A stretch of 64,000 nucleotides of DNA from Squalus acanthias (lineage: Eukaryota). The notes below the pieces were generated by a model. It did no database searches. It was not told where the DNA came from and saw only the letters and a list, made by a program, of their open reading frames with translations. The number at the start of each line of letters is the position of its first letter. Position 1 is the first letter of the stretch. Shown in pieces: positions 23,083 to 37,282 of this stretch. Location of the stretch: assembly GCA_030390025.1 (NCBI GenBank), contig CM059434.1, positions 45,074,001 through 45,138,000 of the forward strand, given 5' to 3'. A program made the translations under genes and the position numbers.

Positions 23083-24205
23083 GAGTTTTGCTCTTGTTTC
23101 AGCAGCCTTCAGTTAAAAACGGCAGCAGCTGCTCTGCTGCACTGAGCAATACAGGTTTGATGCTGTGCTTCATTTACTCATCTGGTGTCATTGCATGCTG
23201 CTGTGACTCTAAGTAAGAGCATCAAGACAATATCAGTGATTGCACATTTCTCGGTCAAGACAACATTCCGAATCTATCCGGCTATACTAGCCTTCAGCGC
23301 AAGTATCAGTGCCTTGCAAAATGAGGCGTTGTGACAAGCAGCGTGTCGGTTGGCTGTCGTTCAGATTCCCGTTTGCTGCGAGGATGGCAGCACGGAAGAG
23401 CAGAGTCATTTCTGATGGAAAAATGCCTCACTGACGCACAGTTCTTACTAAGTGAAGCGGCCAAGGCACACAATCAGTGAGCATTGCTGGTTTCCTCGGT
23501 CCCTGTTTTCTGCCCTGGCCTTCTCCTTCAGGTTACGTTAAGTAGCGACGACGTTGAACAATGGGGTTTCGGTGATCTCACAATGTGGCTTGGAGATAAC
23601 TTGAGTCAGTGGAATTTAGAATGAAACTTTTGCTGTGTCTCGTTCAATTGCATTTGCAGTGAGTATAATGCAGTCCGGAGCTTCCAGGGCTGCTAATGTT
23701 GGAAATGCAGCGAATAGCATAAATGAATGAATGAAAGGGTAGGAAACGAGCACAGAGTCAGATTGAATGTGAGTGATTGCCAAACTAAATGTATGCCATT
23801 TAGTAGTGGGTCAAGTGTGGAGGAGAAGGAAATGAGGTTTGCGCTCTCTCGTGGCCGCGGCGAGCATAATTGTGTAAAGTGGAGATTTTGTCAGTGCAGT
23901 GGCTGCAGTGAGCAGCAGGGAGCAGTAAGAGTGAGTTGAATGTGACGGAGACAATGTGTGGAATATGGTAGTTGAATGCTGTGATGATGATGGGGAGACT
24001 GTGTGCAAGAGCGCGGTGGGCTGCTGAAGATTTCGGTGTTGTAAAGTGTGAGGCTTTGTTGTGGCGATGATATTGGATGTGAGAGGGGAAATGATTGCGG
24101 GTCTCAAGATTAGTGTGGTGAGAAAAGGCAGCGAGTTTGATTGCAGTGTTGGCGATGGACACGTGTGGAGGTTTTTTGTTTGTTTGTTGTAAAGCAAAGA
24201 GTGGG

Positions 24206-24504
24206 AAAAGGATGCGTCTCACTGTATTGGCCAGGCTGCACTGCAGCCTCTATTCACAAGTGCGACCCGACTACTGAGCAGCACGGGGGCTTTGACCTGC
24301 TCCGTTCCCGACCTGGGCCGGTTCACCCCGCTTTATCTGACCTGGTGAGCCCAGGCTATCCTAGGACCACCATGTGGATACTGGTCTTAGTGCGGACACC
24401 CGATCGGCACAGAAGACAGCAGTCCAGACACTCCTGACCTCAAGCAATCCTGCAGCCTCAGCCTCCCAGCAGCGGGATCACAGGTACGCGCCACCGCACC
24501 CGGC
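24206..24504 (-). ncRNA. RN7SL: 7SL/SRP RNA, copy 8 (GGAA loop, one further substitution, 1-nt insertion)
   Basis: Changes at 24307 and 24338, plus an insertion near 24429. Confidence 0.92.
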
Positions 24505-25625
24505 GAGTTTTGCTCTTGTTTCAGCAGCCTTCAGTTAAAAACGGCAGCAGCTGCTCTGCTGCACTGAGCAATACAGGTTTGATGCTGTGCTTCATTTACT
24601 CATCTGGTGTCATTGCATGCTGCTGTGACTCTAAGTAAGAGCATCAAGACAATATCAGTGATTGCACATTTCTCGGTCAAGACAACATTCCGAATCTATC
24701 CGGCTATACTAGCCTTCAGCGCAAGTATCAGTGCCTTGCAAAATGAGGCGTTGTGACAAGCAGCGTGTCGGTTGGCTGTCGTTCAGATTCCCGTTTGCTG
24801 CGAGGATGGCAGCACGGAAGAGCAGAGTCATTTCTGATGGAAAAATGCCTCACTGACGCACAGTTCTTACTAAGTGAAGCGGCCAAGGCACAATCAGTGA
24901 GCATTGCTGGTTTCCTCGGTCCCTGTTTTCTGCCCTGGCCTTCTCCTTCAGGTTACGTTAAGTAGCGACGACGTTGAACAATGGGGTTTCGGTGATCTCA
25001 CAATGTGGCTTGGAGATAACTTGAGTCAGTGGAATTTAGAATGAAACTTTTGCTGTGTCTCGTTCAATTGCATTTGCAGTGAGTATAATGCAGTCCGGAG
25101 CTTCCAGGGCTGCTAATGTTGGAAATGCAGCGAATAGCATAAATGAATGAATGAAAGGGTAGGAAACGAGCACAGAGTCAGATTGAATGTGAGTGATTGC
25201 CAAACTAAATGTATGCCATTTAGTAGTGGGTCAAGTGTGGAGGAGAATGAAATGAGGTTTGCGCTCTCTCGTGGCCGCGGCGAGCATAATTGTGTAAAGT
25301 GGAGATTTTGTCAGTGCAGTGGCTGCAGTGAGCAGCAGGGAGCAGTAAGAGTGAGTTGAATGTGACGGAGACAAAGTGTGGAATATGGTAGTTGAATGCT
25401 GTGATGATGATGGGGAGACTGTGTGCATGTGCGCGGTGGGCTGCTGAAGATTTCGGTGTTGTAAAGTGTGAGGCTTTGTTGTGGCGATGATATTGGATGT
25501 GAGAGGGGAAATGATTGCGGGTCTCAAGATTAGTGTGGTGAGAAAAGGCAGCGAGTTTGATTGCAGTGTTGGCGATGGACACGTGTGGAGGTTTTTTGTT
25601 TGTTTGTTGTAAAGCAAAGAGTGGG

Positions 25626-25923
25626 AAAAGGATGCGTCTCACTGTATTGGCCAGGCTGCACTGCAGCCTCTATTCACAAGTGCGACCCGACTACTGAGCA
25701 GCACGGGGGCTTTGACCTGCTCCGTTTCCGACCTGGGCCGGTTCACCCCGCTTTATCCGACCTGGTGAGCCCAGGCTATCCTAGGACCACCATGTGGATA
25801 CTGGTCTTAGTGCGGACACCCGATCGGCACAGAAGACAGCAGTCCAGAACTCCTGACCTCAAGCAATCCTGCAGCCTCAGCCTCCCAGCAGCGGGATCAC
25901 AGGTACGCGCCACCGCACCCGGC
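25626..25923 (-). ncRNA. RN7SL: 7SL/SRP RNA, copy 9
   Basis: Matches copy 2. Confidence 0.96.
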
Positions 25924-27044
25924 GAGTTTTGCTCTTGTTTCAGCAGCCTTCAGTTAAAAACGGCAGCAGCTGCTCTGCTGCACTGAGCAATACAGGTTTG
26001 ATGCTGTGCTTCATTTACTCATCTGGTGTCATTGCATGCTGCTGTGACTCTAAGTAAGAGCATCAAGACAATATCAGTGATTGCACATTTCTCGGTCAAG
26101 ACAACATTCCGAATCTATCCGGCTATACTAGCCTTCAGCGCAAGTATCAGTGCCTTGCAAAATGAGGCGTTGTGACAAGCAGCGTGTCGGTTGGCTGTCG
26201 TTCAGATTCCCGTTTGCTGCGAGGATGGCAGCACGGAAGAGCAGAGTCATTTCTGATGGAAAAATGCCTCACTGACGCACAGTTCTTACTAAGTGAAGCG
26301 GCCAAGGCACAATCAGTGAGCATTGCTGGTTTCCTCGGTCCCTGTTTTCTGCCCTGGCCTTCTCCTTCAGGTTACGTTAAGTAGCGACGACGTTGAACAA
26401 TGGGGTTTCGGTGATCTCACAATGTGGCTTGGAGATAACTTGAGTCAGTGGAATTTAGAATGAAACTTTTGCTGTGTCTCGTTCAATTGCATTTGCAGTG
26501 AGTATAATGCAGTCCGGAGCTTCCAGGGCTGCTAATGTTGGAAATGCAGCGAATAGCATAAATGAATGAATGAAAGGGTAGGAAACGAGCACAGAGTCAG
26601 ATTGAATGTGAGTGATTGCCAAACTAAATGTATGCCATTTAGTAGTGGGTCAAGTGTGGAGGAGAATGAAATGAGGTTTGCGCTCTCTCGTGGCCGCGGC
26701 GAGCATAATTGTGTAAAGTGGAGATTTTGTCAGTGCAGTGGCTGCAGTGAGCAGCAGGGAGCAGTAAGAGTGAGTTGAATGTGACGGAGACAAAGTGTGG
26801 AATATGGTAGTTGAATGCTGTGATGATGATGGGGAGACTGTGTGCATGTGCGTGGTGGGCTGCTGAAGATTTCGGTGTTGTAAAGTGTGAGGCTTTGTTG
26901 TGGCGATGATATTGGATGTGAGAGGGGAAATGATTGCGGGTCTCAAGATTAGTGTGGTGAGAAAAGGCAGCGAGTTTGATTGCAGTGTTGGCGATGGACA
27001 CGTGTGGAGGTTTTTTGTTTGTTTGTTGTAAAGCAAAGAGTGGG

Positions 27045-27342
27045 AAAAGGATGCGTCTCACTGTATTGGCCAGGCTGCACTGCAGCCTCTATTCACAAGT
27101 GCGACCCGACTACTGAGCAGCACGGGGGCTTTGACCTGCTCCGTTTCCGACCTGGGCCGGTTCACCCCGCTTTATCCGACCTGGTGAGCCCAGGCTATCC
27201 TAGGACCACCATGTGGATACTGGTCTTAGTGCGGACACCCGATCGGCACAGAAGACAGCAGTCCAGAACTCCTGACCTCAAGCAATCCTGCAGCCTCAGC
27301 CTCCCAGCAGCGGGATCACAGGTACGCGCCACCGCACCCGGC
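27045..27342 (-). ncRNA. RN7SL: 7SL/SRP RNA, copy 10
   Basis: Matches copy 2. Confidence 0.96.
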
Positions 27343-28463
27343 GAGTTTTGCTCTTGTTTCAGCAGCCTTCAGTTAAAAACGGCAGCAGCTGCTCTGCTGC
27401 ACTGAGCAATACAGGTTTGATGCTGTGCTTCATTTACTCATCTGGTGTCATTGCATGCTGCTGTGACTCTAAGTAAGAGCATCAAGACAATATCAGTGAT
27501 TGCACATTTCTCGGTCAAGACAACATTCCGAATCTATCCGGCTATACTAGCCTTCAGCGCAAGTATCAGTGCCTTGCAAAATGAGGCGCTGTGACAAGCA
27601 GCGTATCGGTTGGCTGTCGTTCAGATTCCCGTTTGCTGCGAGGATGGCAGCACGGAAGAGCAGAGTCATTTCTGATGGAAAAATGCCTCACTGACGCACA
27701 GTTCTTACTAAGTGAAGCGGCCAAGGCACAATCAGTGAGCATTGCTGGTTTCCTCGGTCCCTGTTTTCTGCCCTGGCCTTCTCCTTCAGGTTACGTTAAG
27801 TAGCGACGACGTTGAACAATGGGGTTTCGGTGATCTCACAATGTGGCTTGGAGATAACTTGAGTCAGTGGAATTTAGAATGAAACTTTTGCTGTGTCTCG
27901 TTCAATTGCATTTGCAGTGAGTATAATGCAGTCCGGAGCTTCCAGGGCTGCTAATGTTGGAAATGCAGCGAATAGCATAAATGAATGAATGAAAGGGTAG
28001 GAAACGAGCACAGAGTCAGATTGAATGTGAGTGATTGCCAAACTAAATGTATGCCATTTAGTAGTGGGTCAAGTGTGGAGGAGAATGAAATGAGGTTTGC
28101 GCTCTCTCGTGGCCGCGGCGAGCATAATTGTGTAAAGTGGAGATTTTGTCAGTGCAGTGGCTGCAGTGAGCAGCAGGGAGCAGTAAGAGTGAGTTGAATG
28201 TGACGGAGACAAAGTGTGGAATATGGTAGTTGAATGCTGTGATGATGATGGGGAGACTGTGTGCATGTGCGTGGTGGGCTGCTGAAGATTTCGGTGTTGT
28301 AAAGTGTGAGGCTTTGTTGTGGCGATGATATTGGATGTGAGAGGGGAAATGATTGCGGGTCTCAAGATTAGTGTGGTGAGAAAAGGCAGCGAGTTTGATT
28401 GCAGTGTTGGCGATGGACACGTGTGGAGGTTTTTTGTTTGTTTGTTGTAAAGCAAAGAGTGGG

Positions 28464-28761
28464 AAAAGGATGCGTCTCACTGTATTGGCCAGGCTGCACT
28501 GCAGCCTCTATTCACAAGTGCGACCCGACTACTGAGCAGCACGGGGGCTTTGACCTGCTCCGTTTCCGACCTGGGCCGGTTCACCCCGCTTTATCCGACC
28601 TGGTGAGCCCAGGCTATCCTAGGACCACCATGTGGATACTGGTCTTAGTGCGGACACCCGATCGGCACAGAAGACAGCAGTCCAGAACTCCTGACCTCAA
28701 GCAATCCTGCAGCCTCAGCCTCCCAGCAGCGGGATCACAGGTACGCGCCACCGCACCCGGC
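28464..28761 (-). ncRNA. RN7SL: 7SL/SRP RNA, copy 11
   Basis: Matches copy 2. Confidence 0.96.
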
Positions 28762-29884
28762 GAGTTTTGCTCTTGTTTCAGCAGCCTTCAGTTAAAAACG
28801 GCAGCAGCTGCTCTGCTGCACTGAGCAATACAGGTTTGATGCTGTGCTTCATTTACTCATCTGGTGTCATTGCATGCTGCTGTGACTCTAAGTAAGAGCA
28901 TCAAGACAATATCAGTGATTGCACATTTCTCGGTCAAGACAACATTCCGAATCTATCCGGCTATACTAGCCTTCAGCGCAAGTATCAGTGCCTTGCAAAA
29001 TGAGGCGTTGTGACAAGCAGCGTGTCGGTTGGCTGTCGTTCAGATTCCCGTTTGCTGCGAGGATGGCAGCACGGAAGAGCAGAGTCATTTCTGATGGAAA
29101 AATGCCTCACTGACGCACAGTTCTTACTAAGTGAAGCGGCCAAGGCACACAATCAGTGAGCATTGCTGGTTTCCTCGGTCCCTGTTTTCTGCCCTGGCCT
29201 TCTCCTTCAGGTTACGTTAAGTAGCGACGACGTTGAACAATGGGGTTTCGGTGATCTCACAATGTGGCTTGGAGATAACTTGAGTCAGTGGAATTTAGAA
29301 TGAAACTTTTGCTGTGTCTCGTTCAATTGCATTTGCAGTGAGTATAATGCAGTCCGGAGCTTCCAGGGCTGCTAATGTTGGAAATGCAGCGAATAGCATA
29401 AATGAATGAATGAAAGGGTAGGAAACGAGCACAGAGTCAGATTGAATGTGAGTGATTGCCAAACTAAATGTATGCCATTTAGTAGTGGGTCAAGTGTGGA
29501 GGAGAATGAAATGAGGTTTGCGCTCTCTCGTGGCCGCGGCGAGCATAATTGTGTAAAGTGGAGATTTTGTCAGTGCAGTGGCTGCAGTGAGCAGCAGGGA
29601 GCAGTAAGAGTGAGTTGAATGTGACGGAGACAAAGTGTGGAATATGGTAGTTGAATGCTGTGATGATGATGGGGAGACTGTGTGCATGTGCGTGGTGGGC
29701 TGCTGAAGATTTCGGTGTTGTAAAGTGTGAGGCTTTGTTGTGGCGATGATATTGGATGTGAGAGGGGAAATGATTGCGGGTCTCAAGATTAGTGTGGTGA
29801 GAAAAGGCAGCGAGTTTGATTGCAGTGTTGGCGATGGACACGTGTGGAGGTTTTTTGTTTGTTTGTTGTAAAGCAAAGAGTGGG

Positions 29885-30182
29885 AAAAGGATGCGTCTCA
29901 CTGTATTGGCCAGGCTGCACTGCAGCCTCTATTCACAAGTGCGACCCGACTACTGAGCAGCACGGGGGCTTTGACCTGCTCCGTTTCCGACCTGGGCCGG
30001 TTCACCCCGCTTTATCCGACCTGGTGAGCCCAGGCTATCCTAGGACCACCATGTGGATACTGGTCTTAGTGCGGACACCCGATCGGCACAGAAGACAGCA
30101 GTCCAGAACTCCTGACCTCAAGCAATCCTGCAGCCTCAGCCTCCCAGCAGCGGGATCACAGGTACGCGCCACCGCACCCGGC
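29885..30182 (-). ncRNA. RN7SL: 7SL/SRP RNA, copy 12
   Basis: Matches copy 2. Confidence 0.96.
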
Positions 30183-31303
30183 GAGTTTTGCTCTTGTTTC
30201 AGCAGCCTTCAGTTAAAAACGGCAGCAGCTGCTCTGCTGCACTGAGCAATACAGGTTTGATGCTGTGCTTCATTTACTCATCTGGTGTCATTGCATGCTG
30301 CTGTGACTCTAAGTAAGAGCATCAAGACAATATCAGTGATTGCACATTTCTCGGTCAAGACAACATTCCGAATCTATCCGGCTATACTAGCCTTCAGCGC
30401 AAGTATCAGTGCCTTGCAAAATGAGGCGTTGTGACAAGCAGCGTGTCGGTTGGCTGTCGTTCAGATTCCCGTTTGCTGCGAGGATGGCAGCACGGAAGAG
30501 CAGAGTCATTTCTGATGGAAAAATGCCTCACTGACGCACAGTTCTTACTAAGTGAAGCGGCCAAGGCACAATCAGTGAGCATTGCTGGTTTCCTCGGTCC
30601 CTGTTTTCTGCCCTGGCCTTCTCCTTCAGGTTACGTTAAGTAGCGACGACGTTGAACAATGGGGTTTCGGTGATCTCACAATGTGGCTTGGAGATAACTT
30701 GAGTCAGTGGAATTTAGAATGAAACTTTTGCTGTGTCTCGTTCAATTGCATTTGCAGTGAGTATAATGCAGTCCGGAGCTTCCAGGGCTGCTAATGTTGG
30801 AAATGCAGCGAATAGCATAAATGAATGAATGAAAGGGTAGGAAACGAGCACAGAGTCAGATTGAATGTGAGTGATTGCCAAACTAAATGTATGCCATTTA
30901 GTAGTGGGTCAAGTGTGGAGGAGAATGAAATGAGGTTTGCGCTCTCTCGTGGCCGCGGCGAGCATAATTGTGTAAAGTGGAGATTTTGTCAGTGCAGTGG
31001 CTGCAGTGAGCAGCAGGGAGCAGTAAGAGTGAGTTGAATGTGACGGAGACAAAGTGTGGAATATGGTAGTTGAATGCTGTGATGATGATGGGGAGACTGT
31101 GTGCATGTGCGTGGTGGGCTGCTGAAGATTTCGGTGTTGTAAAGTGTGAGGCTTTGTTGTGGCGATGATATTGGATGTGAGAGGGGAAATGATTGCGGGT
31201 CTCAAGATTAGTGTGGTGAGAAAAGGCAGCGAGTTTGATTGCAGTGTTGGCGATGGACACGTGTGGAGGTTTTTTGTTTGTTTGTTGTAAAGCAAAGAGT
31301 GGG

Positions 31304-31601
31304 AAAAGGATGCGTCTCACTGTATTGGCCAGGCTGCACTGCAGCCTCTATTCACAAGTGCGACCCGACTACTGAGCAGCACGGGGGCTTTGACCTGCTC
31401 CGTTTCCGACCTGGGCCGGTTCACCCCGCTTTATCCGACCTGGTGAGCCCAGGCTATCCTAGGACCACCATGTGGATACTGGTCTTAGTGCGGACACCCG
31501 ATCGGCACAGAAGACAGCAGTCCAGAACTCCTGACCTCAAGCAATCCTGCAGCCTCAGCCTCCCAGCAGCGGGATCACAGGTACGCGCCACCGCACCCGG
31601 C
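31304..31601 (-). ncRNA. RN7SL: 7SL/SRP RNA, copy 13
   Basis: Matches copy 2. Confidence 0.96.
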
Positions 31602-32722
31602 GAGTTTTGCTCTTGTTTCAGCAGCCTTCAGTTAAAAACGGCAGCAGCTGCTCTGCTGCACTGAGCAATACAGGTTTGATGCTGTGCTTCATTTACTCAT
31701 CTGGTGTCATTGCATGCTGCTGTGACTCTAAGTAAGAGCATCAAGACAATATCAGTGATTGCACATTTCTCGGTCAAGACAACATTCCGAATCTATCCGG
31801 CTATACTAGCCTTCAGCGCAAGTATCAGTGCCTTGCAAAATGAGGCGTTGTGACAAGCAGCGTGTCGGTTGGCTGTCGTTCAGATTCCCGTTTGCTGCGA
31901 GGATGGCAGCACGGAAGAGCAGAGTCATTTCTGATGGAAAAATGCCTCACTGACGCACAGTTCTTACTAAGTGAAGCGGCCAAGGCACAATCAGTGAGCA
32001 TTGCTGGTTTCCTCGGTCCCTGTTTTCTGCCCTGGCCTTCTCCTTCAGGTTACGTTAAGTAGCGACGACGTTGAACAATGGGGTTTCGGTGATCTCACAA
32101 TGTGGCTTGGAGATAACTTGAGTCAGTGGAATTTAGAATGAAACTTTTGCTGTGTCTCGTTCAATTGCATTTGCAGTGAGTATAATGCAGTCCGGAGCTT
32201 CCAGGGCTGCTAATGTTGGAAATGCAGCGAATAGCATAAATGAATGAATGAAAGGGTAGGAAACGAGCACAGAGTCAGATTGAATGTGAGTGATTGCCAA
32301 ACTAAATGTATGCCATTTAGTAGTGGGTCAAGTGTGGAGGAGAATGAAATGAGGTTTGCGCTCTCTCGTGGCCGCGGCGAGCATAATTGTGTAAAGTGGA
32401 GATTTTGTCAGTGCAGTGGCTGCAGTGAGCAGCAGGGAGCAGTAAGAGTGAGTTGAATGTGACGGAGACAAAGTGTGGAATATGGTAGTTGAATGCTGTG
32501 ATGATGATGGGGAGACTGTGTGCATGTGCGTGGTGGGCTGCTGAAGATTTCGGTGTTGTAAAGTGTGAGGCTTTGTTGTGGCGATGATATTGGATGTGAG
32601 AGGGGAAATGATTGCGGGTCTCAAGATTAGTGTGGTGAGAAAAGGCAGCGAGTTTGATTGCAGTGTTGGCGATGGACACGTGTGGAGGTTTTTTGTTTGT
32701 TTGTTGTAAAGCAAAGAGTGGG

Positions 32723-33020
32723 AAAAGGATGCGTCTCACTGTATTGGCCAGGCTGCACTGCAGCCTCTATTCACAAGTGCGACCCGACTACTGAGCAGCA
32801 CGGGGGCTTTGACCTGCTCCGTTTCCGACCTGGGCCGGTTCACCCCGCTTTATCCGACCTGGTGAGCCCAGGCTATCCTAGGACCACCATGTGGATACTG
32901 GTCTTAGTGCGGACACCCGATCGGCACAGAAGACAGCAGTCCAGAACTCCTGACCTCAAGCAATCCTGCAGCCTCAGCCTCCCAGCAGCGGGATCACAGG
33001 TACGCGCCACCGCACCCGGC
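32723..33020 (-). ncRNA. RN7SL: 7SL/SRP RNA, copy 14
   Basis: Matches copy 2. Confidence 0.96.
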
Positions 33021-34141
33021 GAGTTTTGCTCTTGTTTCAGCAGCCTTCAGTTAAAAACGGCAGCAGCTGCTCTGCTGCACTGAGCAATACAGGTTTGATG
33101 CTGTGCTTCATTTACTCATCTGGTGTCATTGCATGCTGCTGTGACTCTAAGTAAGAGCATCAAGACAATATCAGTGATTGCACATTTCTCGGTCAAGACA
33201 ACATTCCGAATCTATCCGGCTATACTAGCCTTCAGCGCAAGTATCAGTGCCTTGCAAAATGAGGCGTTGTGACAAGCAGCGTGTCGGTTGGCTGTCGTTC
33301 AGATTCCCGTTTGCTGCGAGGATGGCAGCACGGAAGAGCAGAGTCATTTCTGATGGAAAAATGCCTCACTGACGCACAGTTCTTACTAAGTGAAGCGGCC
33401 AAGGCACAATCAGTGAGCATTGCTGGTTTCCTCGGTCCCTGTTTTCTGCCCTGGCCTTCTCCTTCAGGTTACGTTAAGTAGCGACGACGTTGAACAATGG
33501 GGTTTCGGTGATCTCACAATGTGGCTTGGAGATAACTTGAGTCAGTGGAATTTAGAATGAAACTTTTGCTGTGTCTCGTTCAATTGCATTTGCAGTGAGT
33601 ATAATGCAGTCCGGAGCTTCCAGGGCTGCTAATGTTGGAAATGCAGCGAATAGCATAAATGAATGAATGAAAGGGTAGGAAACGAGCACAGAGTCAGATT
33701 GAATGTGAGTGATTGCCAAACTAAATGTATGCCATTTAGTAGTGGGTCAAGTGTGGAGGAGAATGAAATGAGGTTTGCGCTCTCTCGTGGCCGCGGCGAG
33801 CATAATTGTGTAAAGTGGAGATTTTGTCAGTGCAGTGGCTGCAGTGAGCAGCAGGGAGCAGTAAGAGTGAGTTGAATGTGACGGAGACAAAGTGTGGAAT
33901 ATGGTAGTTGAATGCTGTGATGATGATGGGGAGACTGTGTGCATGTGCGTGGTGGGCTGCTGAAGATTTCGGTGTTGTAAAGTGTGAGGCTTTGTTGTGG
34001 CGATGATATTGGATGTGAGAGGGGAAATGATTGCGGGTCTCAAGATTAGTGTGGTGAGAAAAGGCAGCGAGTTTGATTGCAGTGTTGGCGATGGACACGT
34101 GTGGAGGTTTTTTGTTTGTTTGTTGTAAAGCAAAGAGTGGG

Positions 34142-34440
34142 AAAAGGATGCGTCTCACTGTATTGGCCAGGCTGCACTGCAGCCTCTATTCACAAGTGCG
34201 ACCCGACTACTGAGCAGCACGGGGGCTTTGACCTGCTCCGTTTCCGACCTGGGCCGGTTCACCCCGCTTTATCCGACCTGGTGAGCCCAGGCTATCCTAG
34301 GACCACCATGCGGATACTGGTCTTAGTGCGGACACCCGATCGGCACAGAAGACAGCAGTCCAGAACTCCTGACCTCAAGCAATACCTGCAGCCTCAGCCT
34401 CCCAGCAGCGGGATCACAGGTACGCGCCACCGCACCCGGC
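34142..34440 (-). ncRNA. RN7SL: 7SL/SRP RNA, copy 15 (one substitution, 1-nt insertion)
   Basis: T>C at 34311 and an extra A at 34384. Confidence 0.93.
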
Positions 34441-35563
34441 GAGTTTTGCTCTTGTTTCAGCAGCCTTCAGTTAAAAACGGCAGCAGCTGCTCTGCTGCAC
34501 TGAGCAATACAGGTTTGATGCTGTGCTTCATTTACTCATCTGGTGTCATTGCATGCTGCTGTGACTCTAAGTAAGAGCATCAAGACAATATCAGTGATTG
34601 CACATTTCTCGGTCAAGACAACATTCCGAATCTATCCGGCTATACTAGCCTTCAGCGCAAGTATCAGTGCCTTGCAAAATGAGGCGTTGTGACAAGCAGC
34701 GTGTCGGTTGGCTGTCGTTCAGATTCCCGTTTGCTGCGAGGATGGCAGCACGGAAGAGCAGAGTCATTTCTGATGGAAAAATGCCTCACTGACGCACAGT
34801 TCTTACTAAGTGAAGCGGCCAAGGCACACAATCAGTGAGCATTGCTGGTTTCCTCGGTCCCTGTTTTCTGCCCTGGCCTTCTCCTTCAGGTTACGTTAAG
34901 TAGCGACGACGTTGAACAATGGGGTTTCGGTGATCTCACAATGTGGCTTGGAGATAACTTGAGTCAGTGGAATTTAGAATGAAACTTTTGCTGTGTCTCG
35001 TTCAATTGCATTTGCAGTGAGTATAATGCAGTCCGGAGCTTCCAGGGCTGCTAATGTTGGAAATGCAGCGAATAGCATAAATGAATGAATGAAAGGGTAG
35101 GAAACGAGCACAGAGTCAGATTGAATGTGAGTGATTGCCAAACTAAATGTATGCCATTTAGTAGTGGGTCAAGTGTGGAGGAGAATGAAATGAGGTTTGC
35201 GCTCTCTCGTGGCCGCGGCGAGCATAATTGTGTAAAGTGGAGATTTTGTCAGTGCAGTGGCTGCAGTGAGCAGCAGGGAGCAGTAAGAGTGAGTTGAATG
35301 TGACGGAGACAAAGTGTGGAATATGGTAGTTGAATGCTGTGATGATGATGGGGAGACTGTGTGCATGTGCGTGGTGGGCTGCTGAAGATTTCGGTGTTGT
35401 AAAGTGTGAGGCTTTGTTGTGGCGATGATATTGGATGTGAGAGGGGAAATGATTGCGGGTCTCAAGATTAGTGTGGTGAGAAAAGGCAGCGAGTTTGATT
35501 GCAGTGTTGGCGATGGACACGTGTGGAGGTTTTTTGTTTGTTTGTTGTAAAGCAAAGAGTGGG

Positions 35564-35861
35564 AAAAGGATGCGTCTCACTGTATTGGCCAGGCTGCACT
35601 GCAGCCTCTATTCACAAGTGCGACCCGACTACTGAGCAGCACGGGGGCTTTGACCTGCTCCGTTTCCGACCTGGGCCGGTTCACCCCGCTTTATCCGACC
35701 TGGTGAGCCCAGGCTATCCTAGGACCACCATGTGGATACTGGTCTTAGTGCGGACACCCGATCGGCACAGAAGACAGCAGTCCAGAACTCCTGACCTCAA
35801 GCAATCCTGCAGCCTCAGCCTCCCAGCAGCGGGATCACAGGTACGCGCCACCGCACCCGGC
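35564..35861 (-). ncRNA. RN7SL: 7SL/SRP RNA, copy 16
   Basis: Matches copy 2. Confidence 0.96.
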
Positions 35862-36984
35862 GAGTTTTGCTCTTGTTTCAGCAGCCTTCAGTTAAAAACG
35901 GCAGCAGCTGCTCTGCTGCACTGAGCAATACAGGTTTGATGCTGTGCTTCATTTACTCATCTGGTGTCATTGCATGCTGCTGTGACTCTAAGTAAGAGCA
36001 TCAAGACAATATCAGTGATTGCACATTTCTCGGTCAAGACAACATTCCGAATCTATCCGGCTATACTAGCCTTCAGCGCAAGTATCAGTGCCTTGCAAAA
36101 TGAGGCGTTGTGACAAGCAGCGTGTCGGTTGGCTGTCGTTCAGATTCCCGTTTGCTGCGAGGATGGCAGCACGGAAGAGCAGAGTCATTTCTGATGGAAA
36201 AATGCCTCACTGACGCACAGTTCTTACTAAGTGAAGCGGCCAAGGCACACAATCAGTGAGCATTGCTGGTTTCCTCGGTCCCTGTTTTCTGCCCTGGCCT
36301 TCTCCTTCAGGTTACGTTAAGTAGCGACGACGTTGAACAATGGGGTTTCGGTGATCTCACAATGTGGCTTGGAGATAACTTGAGTCAGTGGAATTTAGAA
36401 TGAAACTTTTGCTGTGTCTCGTTCAATTGCATTTGCAGTGAGTATAATGCAGTCCGGAGCTTCCAGGGCTGCTAATGTTGGAAATGCAGCGAATAGCATA
36501 AATGAATGAATGAAAGGGTAGGAAACGAGCACAGAGTCAGATTGAATGTGAGTGATTGCCAAACTAAATGTATGCCATTTAGTAGTGGGTCAAGTGTGGA
36601 GGAGAATGAAATGAGGTTTGCGCTCTCTCGTGGCCGCGGCGAGCATAATTGTGTAAAGTGGAGATTTTGTCAGTGCAGTGGCTGCAGTGAGCAGCAGGGA
36701 GCAGTAAGAGTGAGTTGAATGTGACGGAGACAAAGTGTGGAATATGGTAGTTGAATGCTGTGATGATGATGGGGAGACTGTGTGCATGTGCGTGGTGGGC
36801 TGCTGAAGATTTCGGTGTTGTAAAGTGTGAGGCTTTGTCGTGGCGATGATATTGGATGTGAGAGGGGAAATGATTGCGGGTCTCAAGATTAGTGTGGTGA
36901 GAAAAGGCAGCGAGTTTGATTGCAGTGTTGGCGATGGACACGTGTGGAGGTTTTTTGTTTGTTTGTTGTAAAGCAAAGAGTGGG

Positions 36985-37282
36985 AAAAGGATGCGTCTCA
37001 CTGTATTGGCCAGGCTGCACTGCAGCCTCTATTCACAAGTGCGACCCGACTACTGAGCAGCACGGGGGCTTTGACCTGCTCCGTTTCCGACCTGGGCCGG
37101 TTCACCCCGCTTTATCCGACCTGGTGAGCCCAGGCTATCCTAGGACCACCATGTGGATACTGGTCTTAGTGCGGACACCCGATCGGCACAGAAGACAGCA
37201 GTCCAGAACTCCTGACCTCAAGCAATCCTGCAGCCTCAGCCTCCCAGCAGCGGGATCACAGGTACGCGCCACCGCACCCGGC
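36985..37282 (-). ncRNA. RN7SL: 7SL/SRP RNA, copy 17
   Basis: Matches copy 2. Confidence 0.96.
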
